A DNA stretch of 57,952 nt, taken from positions 1-57,952 of the forward strand of contig JBHLMQ010000014.1 in assembly GCA_048938005.1 (NCBI GenBank). The letters run 5' to 3'. A program made the translations under genes and the position numbers. The stretch's first letter is position 1, and each line of letters starts with the position of its first letter. Under the pieces are notes generated by a model. That model was not told the origin of the DNA and ran no database searches. It saw only the letters and a program-made list of their open reading frames with translations. Shown here one piece after another: positions 10,480 through 19,928 of the stretch. Source of the stretch: Promethearchaeota archaeon (GTDB lineage Archaea; Asgardarchaeota; Lokiarchaeia; Sigyniarchaeales; SOKP01).

Positions 10480-11370
10480 ATGAATGAAAATCAAGGAGAA
10501 GAAAACGAAAAACAACGAATAGAAGAAAAACAAGGAAAAGAAGATGATTTAGAAACCTATTTAAGAGACATGAAGGCCCTTGAAACCGATTTTTCAGATT
10601 TAGAAGATTTAGATATGGAAGAGCTTAAAGAAATACAAGATGCAATTGCTAAGGTTAAGGAAGGAGAAGAATTACCTGAAGATGAAATATTTGGTGAACA
10701 AATCTCTGCTGAAGAAGAAATCGTGGATGAACTTAAAAAAGAAAAAGAGCTTAAGGAAGTCATGATTTCAGATTTTTCGGATATGGACGAGATTGATTTT
10801 GATGAATTAAGAGAAATGCAAGAAGCTATTGAAACTGTAAAACATGAAGAAATTGAGATCTCACCTGAACAAGAAGTTGAAATCCAGTCAACTCAAGAAG
10901 TTTCTAAAGAATTAGAAGATAGGATTAAACAAGAGCTTTTAAAAAGGAAAGAATTAGAAGTAGAGGAATTTATTACACCTGAAAAGTTTTTAGACTATGT
11001 TCGCAATAAACGCGATAAAATATGGTATCATGCACTGTATTATTTAGTTTTCAACGTTGAGGACCATATTGCTTCAAAGCCATTATTATATGATGTTTTA
11101 AAAGAGGTAACAAGTAAATCTCCTATTGATCCTATTCCTGAGAACCAATTTTATTTTGGTCTTGGGTATATATTGAGGTTAACCTTAAATAACAAACAGG
11201 TTGTAAGGTTTTTGCGAGATGGCAAGTTTAAAATTAATGTAAACGTTGATAACTTAAAAGAGATTTTGGAAGAAGCTGGCGAACCCATAAGCACTAGACC
11301 TGTTATAAAAGAAGAAGATAAAAAAAGGATGTTTAAAGATTTTCTTGATGAGGAATTTCTTGACATCTAA
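10480..11370 (+). CDS. Hypothetical protein with acidic repeat-containing N-terminus and globular (possibly winged-helix) C-terminal domain
   Basis: 296-aa ORF with an E/D-rich N-half containing two copies of DFSD.....D..EL.E.Q.AI..VK..E; the C-half is compositionally globular. Confidence 0.75.
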   Translation: MNENQGEENEKQRIEEKQGKEDDLETYLRDMKALETDFSDLEDLDMEELKEIQDAIAKVKEGEELPEDEIFGEQISAEEEIVDELKKEKELKEVMISDFSDMDEIDFDELREMQEAIETVKHEEIEISPEQEVEIQSTQEVSKELEDRIKQELLKRKELEVEEFITPEKFLDYVRNKRDKIWYHALYYLVFNVEDHIASKPLLYDVLKEVTSKSPIDPIPENQFYFGLGYILRLTLNNKQVVRFLRDGKFKINVNVDNLKEILEEAGEPISTRPVIKEEDKKRMFKDFLDEEFLDI

Positions 11371-11437
11371 GTTATTTATAATTAAGTTAAATAATCAATA
11401 ATTTTGGCAAAAAATATAAACAGATAAACGGAAAAAT

Positions 11438-11935
11438 TTAGTTTATTAATTTTGTACCACATTGTTTACAATAGTTATCAGAAATCTGGTTCTCATAGCC
11501 ACAGTTATGACAATATTTTTTTAATGAACTAACTTGTGGTTGTATAGATGAGTTTTTTATATCATTTAAAATTTCATAGAACTTCTTATCTGCAGATCTT
11601 ACTAACTTCATGGGAGATGTCCCAATTTCAAGTGCCCATTTCTTCATTATACCCTGTGGTTTTAGCCACGCCATTCCATACCCTAAACTAAGTGAAATTT
11701 CTACACTCACATAAGTCATAGATTCTTTAGGATTGTAACCAAAATTCATTTGATAAGTTTCACCATAAGAAGTTGCTGATATTCCTCGTTGTATAGCTAA
11801 TGTGCGGAAAAAATTGTTATTCTCAAATTGTTGATCCTTTATTTTGCCTCTATTATTCGTCCAAAAGGTTAATGTTCTATTCCATACTTCATCCAATGGT
11901 AAAGGAATCGAATAATAACCAAATTTGTGCCCCAT
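11438..11935 (-). CDS. Hypothetical protein with C-terminal zinc ribbon
   Basis: C-terminal YCHNCG...YCKQCG. Confidence 0.75.
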   Translation of the reverse strand: MGHKFGYYSIPLPLDEVWNRTLTFWTNNRGKIKDQQFENNNFFRTLAIQRGISATSYGETYQMNFGYNPKESMTYVSVEISLSLGYGMAWLKPQGIMKKWALEIGTSPMKLVRSADKKFYEILNDIKNSSIQPQVSSLKKYCHNCGYENQISDNYCKQCGTKLIN

Positions 11936-12069
11936 AAAATCTCTCGCCTTAATTCTATTGAATTAATTACATAAAATTTTTGGATTTTAATATATCAAAT
12001 TTATTAGGAATACTTAAATTAAAAAATTTGCAGTTAAATTTTTTATAGCTCATAATAATTTTGAAGAAA

Positions 12070-12696
12070 ATGAATGAAAAACCTTCTTTATTAATTATAG
12101 GAAATTCGAATGTAGGAAAAAGTTCAATAACTCGATTATTAATGCCTAATCCTAGGAAATTTAAGGGTAAAGTTGGTAAAACTCCAGGTAGTACATTATT
12201 GATAAAATCTACAACTCAAGATAATTTACCCTATAATATAGTTGATCTTCCTGGATTTGGATATATTAGTCGCTCTAGTCGTAGAAGAGGAGAACATATA
12301 AAAAAACAAATTGTTATTCATATCGAAAAGCATTACAATGAATATTTTTTTGCATTAATCGTATTGAATATTTTAAGAATCGAGGATGAAATCCAGAAGT
12401 ATTACATTCAAAATAAAAATACAATCCCTTTAAGTTTTGAATTAATTCAATTTCTAAGCGAATTTAAAATTCCGCTTCTAATACTTTTTAATAAAATCGA
12501 TAAAGTTTCCAATCTAGATAAAATAAAAATAATAAACCTTTTTATTGAATCAGCTAAAGATTATGGTTTGAATTTGATTCATTTAGATAATTATTTAACC
12601 ACAAAAAGTTTAAAAATACCATACTTGGAATTTTCAGCATTAAAAAAAATTAATTTAACAAAGTTAAAACAATCAATTCAAGAATATTTACGATAG
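12070..12696 (+). CDS. engB: EngB/YihA-family GTP-binding protein
   Basis: GNSNVGKSS, PGST, DLPGFG, NKID, FSA. ATG at 12070; the ORF track starts at TTG 12061. Confidence 0.82.
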   Translation: MNEKPSLLIIGNSNVGKSSITRLLMPNPRKFKGKVGKTPGSTLLIKSTTQDNLPYNIVDLPGFGYISRSSRRRGEHIKKQIVIHIEKHYNEYFFALIVLNILRIEDEIQKYYIQNKNTIPLSFELIQFLSEFKIPLLILFNKIDKVSNLDKIKIINLFIESAKDYGLNLIHLDNYLTTKSLKIPYLEFSALKKINLTKLKQSIQEYLR

Positions 12697-12713
12697 GTTT
12701 TTAATTATGAAAA

Positions 12714-14006
12714 TTAGATGCTACTTAGTTTAGGATCTTTGTTTTCATCCCAATTTACAGCAAATAAGAAGTCTCTACTTGCTTCATTTTTATAGATTAA
12801 TGGAAAACCGCTTATTTTCTCAAATTTTAAAGCAAGATTTTTTAAATAATCATATTCTGGAAAAAATTCCTGTACTGATTTTTCACTTTTCAATCTTTGC
12901 TTAATTAATAGAGCTTTTGCTTGCAAAGTAAAACCTTTTATCTCAAAAAAATTAGGGTTCACCCCTTCTATAATTCTAGTATATTCATTAATTAAATTTT
13001 CATTGAAATTCAAGTCTTTAATAGCAGTTAGTCTTATAACAGACCTACAGGATAAAGAATTAACTAAATCTAAACTACCTATAATTTTATTCCACCCATT
13101 TTTAATCATGGGGCGACATATTTTCTTATAAATTTGTTCATTTGGAGCAGGTAAAGTGATATATAACTGAGAGGGTAAAGGATCTAGCTTTTCAATATTT
13201 TCTGGTAAAGTACCATTGGTAACAATAAAAGTAGTCATATGACGATTCTTAAATTCCTGTACATATTCAGAAATCTTTGGATATAGAAGAGGTTCTCCAT
13301 CAAGGGAAATAGCAGCATGGTTAGGTGTCATTGCTTCACTATGTGCTTGCATTATCTCATCAGGTGTAGTTAATGATCGATTAATTAATACTTCTAATTC
13401 CTTTCTAGAACCGATACAGTATTTAATATCATTATCTAATTCGAACTTATCAAGGCTACGATTAGTTGATTGAATAAATTCCTGATTCTTTAAAAGAGTT
13501 AAAGCGCGCTCAATTTTATTTTTTGATACATGAATTTTATTAGCTAGAGAACTTATATCATAATCCTGATAACTATTTAAAAGCATATAATAAAGAATAT
13601 CAATCATTATTTCATAATTATCAAGATAACGTCTCAGTGGTAGGTGATTTTCAATAATATCTTTATGATGTCGTAACATTTCATCAATAAGAAATTTAGG
13701 ATTATCTGGTTCAACAATAAATTCAGTTCCAAGTGATCCAGATTCAATATCTCTCCAACAAAACACACATTGATGATTACAAAATGGTAGTGAAGGAGTA
13801 TTTTGTAAACATCTATGACTTTGTATCCCAAATACACCTTTATAGCAATTACGATTATCTCTTCCAGTCATTAATCTTTGTTCAAGCCAATAGCAAGGTT
13901 TGATAGATGAATGCTTATTTTCTCCAATAATCCTATAAGTCGTTTTCGTATAAGCTTCAACATACTCATTTGTTATTTTGTTATCAATGATAAATCTGTT
14001 TTTCAT
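12714..14006 (-). CDS. taw1: tRNA 4-demethylwyosine synthase Taw1/TYW1 (radical SAM) with internal HTH-like insertion
   Basis: KHSSIKPCYW, CYK, GIQSHRCLQNTP, CNHQCVFCWR (CxxxCxxC), AISLDGEP, TFIVTNGT, QLYITL. Confidence 0.9.
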   Translation of the reverse strand: MKNRFIIDNKITNEYVEAYTKTTYRIIGENKHSSIKPCYWLEQRLMTGRDNRNCYKGVFGIQSHRCLQNTPSLPFCNHQCVFCWRDIESGSLGTEFIVEPDNPKFLIDEMLRHHKDIIENHLPLRRYLDNYEIMIDILYYMLLNSYQDYDISSLANKIHVSKNKIERALTLLKNQEFIQSTNRSLDKFELDNDIKYCIGSRKELEVLINRSLTTPDEIMQAHSEAMTPNHAAISLDGEPLLYPKISEYVQEFKNRHMTTFIVTNGTLPENIEKLDPLPSQLYITLPAPNEQIYKKICRPMIKNGWNKIIGSLDLVNSLSCRSVIRLTAIKDLNFNENLINEYTRIIEGVNPNFFEIKGFTLQAKALLIKQRLKSEKSVQEFFPEYDYLKNLALKFEKISGFPLIYKNEASRDFLFAVNWDENKDPKLSSI

Positions 14007-14183
14007 TAAAGAACCACTTTGAACGCGAAATTCTCACTAATTTATATAAATAAATGTATTTTATTAAGATATTAAATTATATTCTTAAAAATTATAAGTA
14101 CATAAATAATTAGAGTAGTACTTTTAGATTATAATTAAAATTATGGTTTTGGTTAATTTGGATAAATAAAAAAGGGTGTAGAA

Positions 14184-15065
14184 ATGTTAAATAGAATAAG
14201 AATTGAGTTGTTAAATCTTGGATTAAAATTTATCAGTGTTGATGATAAAATTGTACGGATGTTTCTAGAAACTAGTGCTTCAAATATAAATGAAATTGTC
14301 ATTCTTCCAGCAGTAAAAATAGTTATGCAAAAATTACTAAAAAAACTACAAAATAAACGGAATTATGGTAGAGTTTATAATGGAGAATTGAATAATGTTA
14401 GAGTCAGTATAATTCGCTCTTTAATGGGTGCTCCGAATTGCGCAATGACTGTAGAAGCCCTTAAGCGATGTAAAACAAAAATAATAATTAGAATTGACTT
14501 TTGCGGAGGAATTGGAAGTGAAGTTTTTCCAATTAATATTGGAGATATATTAATACCTAAGTTGGCTTATTGTGATGATGGGACTAGCCCTCAATATCTT
14601 AGAGAGAATACTTCTCTTGTAAATGAATTAGAGTCCATCCCTAATCCAATGGGAAAATTTCAAACCATATTTACGGGGAATCAAACTATTTTTATATCTA
14701 AACCTAATGAAATGCTAAGAGAATTGTTTTTAAGGAAAGCTACTGAGCTTTTGCCGAATAATGTCAAAGAAACTAATTTATGGACAACAGATGCGCTTTT
14801 TTGCGAAAGTTTAGATTTTGTAAGAGCATTGAGCTCAATAAATGTACAAAGCGTAGATATGGAATCGTCTATTTTATTCTTATTAGGTAAAATCTATAAT
14901 TTAAAAACTGTTTCCGTCCTCTCTGTTTCAGATTTACCGGGGAATCCAAAGTATGATTTATTTCGCTCAAATGAAATACATCCTGATATGTTAAATGGAA
15001 TTGATAATGCAATAAAACTATTAATTAATGCATTACCTAAAGTTAAATTAGTTCTTAAAACATAA
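14184..15065 (+). CDS. Nucleoside phosphorylase family (PNP/UDP) protein, divergent
   Basis: MGAPN, IIRIDFCGGI, GDILIP, WTTDALF, VDMESS, VSD. Confidence 0.75.
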   Translation: MLNRIRIELLNLGLKFISVDDKIVRMFLETSASNINEIVILPAVKIVMQKLLKKLQNKRNYGRVYNGELNNVRVSIIRSLMGAPNCAMTVEALKRCKTKIIIRIDFCGGIGSEVFPINIGDILIPKLAYCDDGTSPQYLRENTSLVNELESIPNPMGKFQTIFTGNQTIFISKPNEMLRELFLRKATELLPNNVKETNLWTTDALFCESLDFVRALSSINVQSVDMESSILFLLGKIYNLKTVSVLSVSDLPGNPKYDLFRSNEIHPDMLNGIDNAIKLLINALPKVKLVLKT

Positions 15066-15117
15066 CTATAAATTTTAAATTGAATTTGAATTCAATTATT
15101 GACAACACCATAATTAA

Positions 15118-16011
15118 TTAAAGCCCTTTAAGGAGTTGAGAAAAATCAGGTTCATCAAAAAATTCATTATATTTCTTTAAAAGTTCAATATTTATCAAAA
15201 ATATTTTACTGCCAGATTTATTTTTCGCAGATCTTACAAGATTAAGTTCTTTCAATTTTTTAATATGGTATAAGATTGTTCCTGAATACATATCAAGAAT
15301 TTCTGCTATTTTTGAGATTCTTACTGATTCATCCTTAAATATTTCCTCTATTAATTTAGGGATCAATGGATTTAAAAAGATAATTTTGTATTTATCATGG
15401 TCTTCAGGCATATCGCTGAGAAAATAATGAAGGGTTTTTCCAATTTTCTTAGATCTTATTAGTTTAAATCGTTCAAGGGTCATAACATGTTTTAAAAACG
15501 GAGTTCTTGTTATATTTAATTCTTTTTCGATTTTTTCATCTCTAGCATGGATTCCTGGATTTTGTTTTATGAAATCAAGTATCTTTACCAACTTTTTATT
15601 AGAAAGTATCTCTAACTTAGTGCGTCTTTCATTGGTTACTATCCAATTCTTCTCTTCTAAACTTCGAATCGCTAGAAAAATTTCTTCTTTACTATATCCT
15701 TTTCTGTATGAAAGTTTAGCAATACATTTAGCGTATAATTTTTCAATTATTGGATATTTTTGAATTTGGATTTCTGATTCAATTTCAAATTCAGCGTCAT
15801 AACGTTTTAGTTTTAATATTTCTTTTGCAATTTCTAGTACATCTTTTTCAATTTCATTTAATTCTTCAATTATTTCTGGTTTTTTTCTCTCTTTTTCTTC
15901 TATTTCCTCTACTTCTTGTAAAGGTCTAAAATCAAGGCGCCTAAATGAGCTTTCCTGTAAATTTTTTTCTTCTTTATTTCCTTTGGGTTCTCTTTTTCTT
16001 TCGAGTGACAT
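15118..16011 (-). CDS. Multi-winged-helix DNA-binding protein (putative transcription regulator)
   Basis: ILDFIKQNPGIH...KHVMTLERFKLIRSKKIGKTLHYF and ISKIAEILDMYSGTILYHIKKLKELNLV; a third wHTH-like unit ends in LAIRSLEEKNWI. Confidence 0.8.
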   Translation of the reverse strand: MSLERKREPKGNKEEKNLQESSFRRLDFRPLQEVEEIEEKERKKPEIIEELNEIEKDVLEIAKEILKLKRYDAEFEIESEIQIQKYPIIEKLYAKCIAKLSYRKGYSKEEIFLAIRSLEEKNWIVTNERRTKLEILSNKKLVKILDFIKQNPGIHARDEKIEKELNITRTPFLKHVMTLERFKLIRSKKIGKTLHYFLSDMPEDHDKYKIIFLNPLIPKLIEEIFKDESVRISKIAEILDMYSGTILYHIKKLKELNLVRSAKNKSGSKIFLINIELLKKYNEFFDEPDFSQLLKGL

Positions 16012-16013
16012 CT

Positions 16014-17603
16014 TTAAGCGTTTTCTTCTAAGAATTGGACAAATTTTATTTGTTCTTCAACATCCATATATTTTAACTGTTCTACAATCTTATCATAATG
16101 CTCAGGCTTTACGTTCGGGAGCTTGCGAATTCTATTAATTAGTTTCTTGGGAATTTCCTTATATAAACTAATTATCGATTCAATGTATTTTACTTGTTCC
16201 TCTTTAGTTAAGAATACAAGTTCTTCTAATAGTTCTCTTTTTTCTTTTTTAGAGATTTTTAAGCCAATTATTTGCTCTCTTAAGTCTTTTGATAAAACAG
16301 CAAATATTTTTGAGAAGTATTCTTTAACCAATTTCTTATCTTTTTCATCTTTAACAGGTAAAAGAGAATCATGTAATTTTAATTCAAATTCTTCTTCTCT
16401 TTTTACCTTTTCTTTTTTATCAATTTTATGAGGGATTTCTTCTAGTTCTTTAAGCTTTATTTTTTCTTCCTTTTTTTCTTGTTCAATTTTAATTGGTTTT
16501 TCCACTGGTTTTAATTCAATCTCTTTCTCCTCATGAATCAATTTCTCTGGGCGTTCTATTTTTATATCGGGAGGAGTTGGAAGCATTGGAGGCGCTGGAG
16601 GAGTCGGAGGGGTTGGAGGATAGTATGTTGGTTTCTCTTCTAAGGCTACTTCTTGGATTTTTTCTGATGGTTTCCCTAGGCTTAAGAAAAATATTAATAT
16701 TCCTTTTAATAGTATAAAGATCCCCGCAGCATAAAATATCGTTCCAATAACTCCCAGAATAAATATCTTGATTGCATCTTTAATTTCAAATTTTTGTTTC
16801 TCTCTGATTTTATTTTTTGATTTACTATCTATAAGTAAAATTACTAATGCGATAAGTAGAAAACCTAGATAAATTAAAAAAATTAAAGGTATTTCGATGT
16901 TAAAAGGAAAATGTATTATAATTTTATCAGCTGTAGGGATGTAAATTCCATCTAAATATGCTTTATATATCCCATATAGGACAATCAACAAACCTGCTTT
17001 AACAGAAAAATAATTTATCGAATTCTTTGCAAGCAGACCATAATCATATGTTTTAAGATCTTTATTTTTAATATCAGTAATTACATAGATTATAATAAAA
17101 AAACCTTTAATGAGTATTATTACCCCAAGACCATATAAAACACAACCTAATATCCCCCAGCAGAATGAATCTAAAAATATCTCATTATAATTTTTTTCCC
17201 TTATTTTAGGGGCTATACGTGTCCGATCATATATCAAGAGAAATAGACTAATCAAACCAAGTGAAATTCGCTCAAACAGGATAAAAACAAATTCATCCGG
17301 ATTAACCAATATTTCTGCAATTAATCCAAAAGATATACATGTATAAATAAGTAGGGGTATAAAGGATATTTTATTAAGAAACTGAATTAGGTTCTCCAAA
17401 CTAGAAGATTTCCTCTCAGATAATGTATAAAATGGCTTCTTTTTCCTTAAATACGGAGTTGGAGCGGGTTTAAATTTAACTCCTTCAAGAATAAAAGGGG
17501 AACCACATCTTTCACAATAAACTTGAATATTACTTTCAATTAAATGTGAAAGTTCATCAGGGAACGCATAATTGCATTCCCGACATATATAAACTTTTGG
17601 CAT
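16014..17603 (-). CDS. Polytopic membrane protein with N-terminal zinc ribbon, proline-rich linker and charged helical C-terminal domain
   Basis: CREC-x19-CERCG, several hydrophobic segments, PPTPPTPPAPPMLPTPP, K/E-rich tail. Confidence 0.8.
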   Translation of the reverse strand: MPKVYICRECNYAFPDELSHLIESNIQVYCERCGSPFILEGVKFKPAPTPYLRKKKPFYTLSERKSSSLENLIQFLNKISFIPLLIYTCISFGLIAEILVNPDEFVFILFERISLGLISLFLLIYDRTRIAPKIREKNYNEIFLDSFCWGILGCVLYGLGVIILIKGFFIIIYVITDIKNKDLKTYDYGLLAKNSINYFSVKAGLLIVLYGIYKAYLDGIYIPTADKIIIHFPFNIEIPLIFLIYLGFLLIALVILLIDSKSKNKIREKQKFEIKDAIKIFILGVIGTIFYAAGIFILLKGILIFFLSLGKPSEKIQEVALEEKPTYYPPTPPTPPAPPMLPTPPDIKIERPEKLIHEEKEIELKPVEKPIKIEQEKKEEKIKLKELEEIPHKIDKKEKVKREEEFELKLHDSLLPVKDEKDKKLVKEYFSKIFAVLSKDLREQIIGLKISKKEKRELLEELVFLTKEEQVKYIESIISLYKEIPKKLINRIRKLPNVKPEHYDKIVEQLKYMDVEEQIKFVQFLEENA

Positions 17604-17680
17604 GTTGTTTAACTACACCTTAATAATTATATTCTTGTTCGTTTACTTTAAAATTTTGTTTATAAAGATATGAAAATTAA

Positions 17681-18166
17681 TTAATGAGAGAGAGTTAGAG
17701 TTTTAAAAGCATAATTTAATCGAAATTCTTTACCGCAATTCACACAAAAAGCCATTCCATTTTTTACCAAGTGCTTTCTCATCTTTTCAGTAAACTTTCT
17801 TCCACATTCACTACAATATTCTATATTAAACTGATACTGATATGGAGAATTATTCTGAATATCAATTTGGTTATTTTTTTGTTTTGAAGATTTTGATTTC
17901 CCTGAAACTAACAAATAAAATCCTTCGAATAACTTAAAAAATCCATAACCAATACCTTTTAGAAGATAATACACCCCTTTGATTATATAATATACCAAAT
18001 ACCCAATTCCTTTGATAATATAATAAACAAGAGTTATTACTAAAGCTAAAAGTGCAATTATGCCAATAAGAACTAATATCTGACCATATAGAGGTTGCTG
18101 TACATACCATTCGATAAATAAATTATACCATACGCCAATAATTTCTAAAAAATCTCTCCAATCCAT
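17681..18166 (-). CDS. Membrane protein with C-terminal zinc ribbon
   Basis: Hydrophobic N-half with repeated (L)VYYIIKG units; CSEC-x19-CVNCG. Confidence 0.75.
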   Translation of the reverse strand: MDWRDFLEIIGVWYNLFIEWYVQQPLYGQILVLIGIIALLALVITLVYYIIKGIGYLVYYIIKGVYYLLKGIGYGFFKLFEGFYLLVSGKSKSSKQKNNQIDIQNNSPYQYQFNIEYCSECGRKFTEKMRKHLVKNGMAFCVNCGKEFRLNYAFKTLTLSH

Positions 18167-18277
18167 AATTAATCAACTATTTTTTTAATAAAATTCTTAA
18201 TAAAAAGAAGTCAAGATTAGATTTTAAAAAAATTGGAGTCCAATTTTTGAAATATTAATGAATGAGATTAGGTAAAA

Positions 18278-18784
18278 TTAAATGGTTTTAATTAATTTTT
18301 TCCAATCTAGCGATTTAACTGTTTTATGAAGGAAATGATCATCATCTACTATATTATATGTGAGGTTGGTAAAGAGTTTTTCAGCACAAACCCTAGATAG
18401 CTTTATTGAAACAACTTTATCATTTTTACCATGAAAAACAATAACGGGAACATTTACAGGAGAATACATTTTAGGACTTAATTCAGGAGTAGATAAATAT
18501 GGAGCGAGTAAAATCAATTTAGATACATTTTTAGGATTCTGACATGTATAAAGAGCGCCCATAAGGGCTCCAAAACTAGAACCGATAATGATCCAAGGGT
18601 GCTTATTCTTTAAAATTAAATATAACTGCTTCATGCGTTTCTCCAATAACATTTTAATTGAGAGTTCAGGATTATATTCTTCAAAATCAGGAGTAAGACA
18701 TTCAGGTAGCTCCTCTCGAAAAAATCGACCTTTATATCCTTTTCCAGAACTTTCGAGCCCATGAATGAAAATTATATTTTGCAT
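18278..18784 (-). CDS. Alpha/beta hydrolase (YqiA-like esterase)
   Basis: IFIHGLES, nucleophile elbow GSSFG, HGKNDKVV, DDHFL. Confidence 0.88.
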   Translation of the reverse strand: MQNIIFIHGLESSGKGYKGRFFREELPECLTPDFEEYNPELSIKMLLEKRMKQLYLILKNKHPWIIIGSSFGALMGALYTCQNPKNVSKLILLAPYLSTPELSPKMYSPVNVPVIVFHGKNDKVVSIKLSRVCAEKLFTNLTYNIVDDDHFLHKTVKSLDWKKLIKTI

Positions 18785-18808
18785 TTTATCTTTTAATAAA
18801 CTTATTAT

Positions 18809-19873
18809 TCAATGTTCATTTTGTTCTTGATACGAAAAATCATCAAATTCTGATTTTAATAATTTCATTTCCTTTTTGTGCCCAAAAAAAACAATAAGAA
18901 AAAATATACTAAAGTAAATAGTAAGGATAAGTAATGTAAAAAAATAGTATTTATATGTAAATTGCATGAAATGAAGGGCAGTACCTATGATAAATCCAGT
19001 AAATAATCTTGATTCTGTAGTGCTTTTTCTTAATAAAAGCCTTTGCATTCCCCAATCAATTATTCCGGGTATTGGAAGGATTATACAAAGAAATAAGGCA
19101 ACCTCTGCGCTAAATTCAACCTGAAAAATTTTTTGTATTAAGTAGGTAGAAAATAAAGCTATTAACGCTCCAATAATTACACCTGAACATCTTGAGCAGA
19201 AGTAAATTTTAGTTCTGCCAAATTTAAGATAAAAAGTATGATCACTCGCAGAAAGAGGATGGTGGGTTAAGATCATATAATATAAATGTTTTTCATCTTT
19301 AGCAAGTATTTTATCATATATAAGCAATAATATTGGAACAATGAATATGATTGAGATAAGGGCTTGTAAAAGAAATTTAACCCCATAATTGATAACAATA
19401 ACTTCAATTGTATATTGGCTTGGGTAGAAGAAAAATTGAAAACCAATAATGAGACCAAAAATAATAAAAGAAACAATGGTAAGTGCTAGATAAGTATAAT
19501 ATAGCTTTGTCATATCATCATATTTTAAAGGTTGATATTTATAGATTCCAGATAAAAATCCCAATATTGCGACTATAAAACACCATTCCACATATAACGT
19601 GTTATAAAAAGCTAATTGAAAAAGTAATTCTCCCAAAAATCCTGTGATTAATCCATGTATTGGGCCTGCTAATACACAGAAAAAAGTAAAAATTAGCAAT
19701 GTTATACCAAATTGAATTGAAAACTGTTGATTTCTAATAAAAATACTTGAAATTGAGCCGAAAGGTTCAGAAATATATACATAAGAGATTATTATAAAAG
19801 CAGCAATGAATAAATTTAAAAAAATAATCCTTAAAATATTGCTTTGCTCTTTTATTTGAGCAGGTTCAGTCAA
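18809..19873 (-). CDS. Membrane protein: ECF S-component-like N-terminal part fused to DUF2085-like C-terminal part
   Basis: LAGPIHGLITGFLGELL (S-component-like); HH...CSRCSG...P.IIDWG.Q...ST..SRLFTG (DUF2085-like). Confidence 0.65.
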   Translation of the reverse strand: MTEPAQIKEQSNILRIIFLNLFIAAFIIISYVYISEPFGSISSIFIRNQQFSIQFGITLLIFTFFCVLAGPIHGLITGFLGELLFQLAFYNTLYVEWCFIVAILGFLSGIYKYQPLKYDDMTKLYYTYLALTIVSFIIFGLIIGFQFFFYPSQYTIEVIVINYGVKFLLQALISIIFIVPILLLIYDKILAKDEKHLYYMILTHHPLSASDHTFYLKFGRTKIYFCSRCSGVIIGALIALFSTYLIQKIFQVEFSAEVALFLCIILPIPGIIDWGMQRLLLRKSTTESRLFTGFIIGTALHFMQFTYKYYFFTLLILTIYFSIFFLIVFFGHKKEMKLLKSEFDDFSYQEQNEH

Positions 19874-19928
19874 GATATATTCATACTTCTTTATAATTTA
19901 GTCTATTAATATTCAATTTGAAGAAAGA

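Noticed and set aside
13340-13645. Taw1 insertion as a mini-intein
   Set aside because: No recognisable intein N-terminal block and no His-Asn followed by Cys/Ser/Thr at the boundary; the segment looks like a wHTH.
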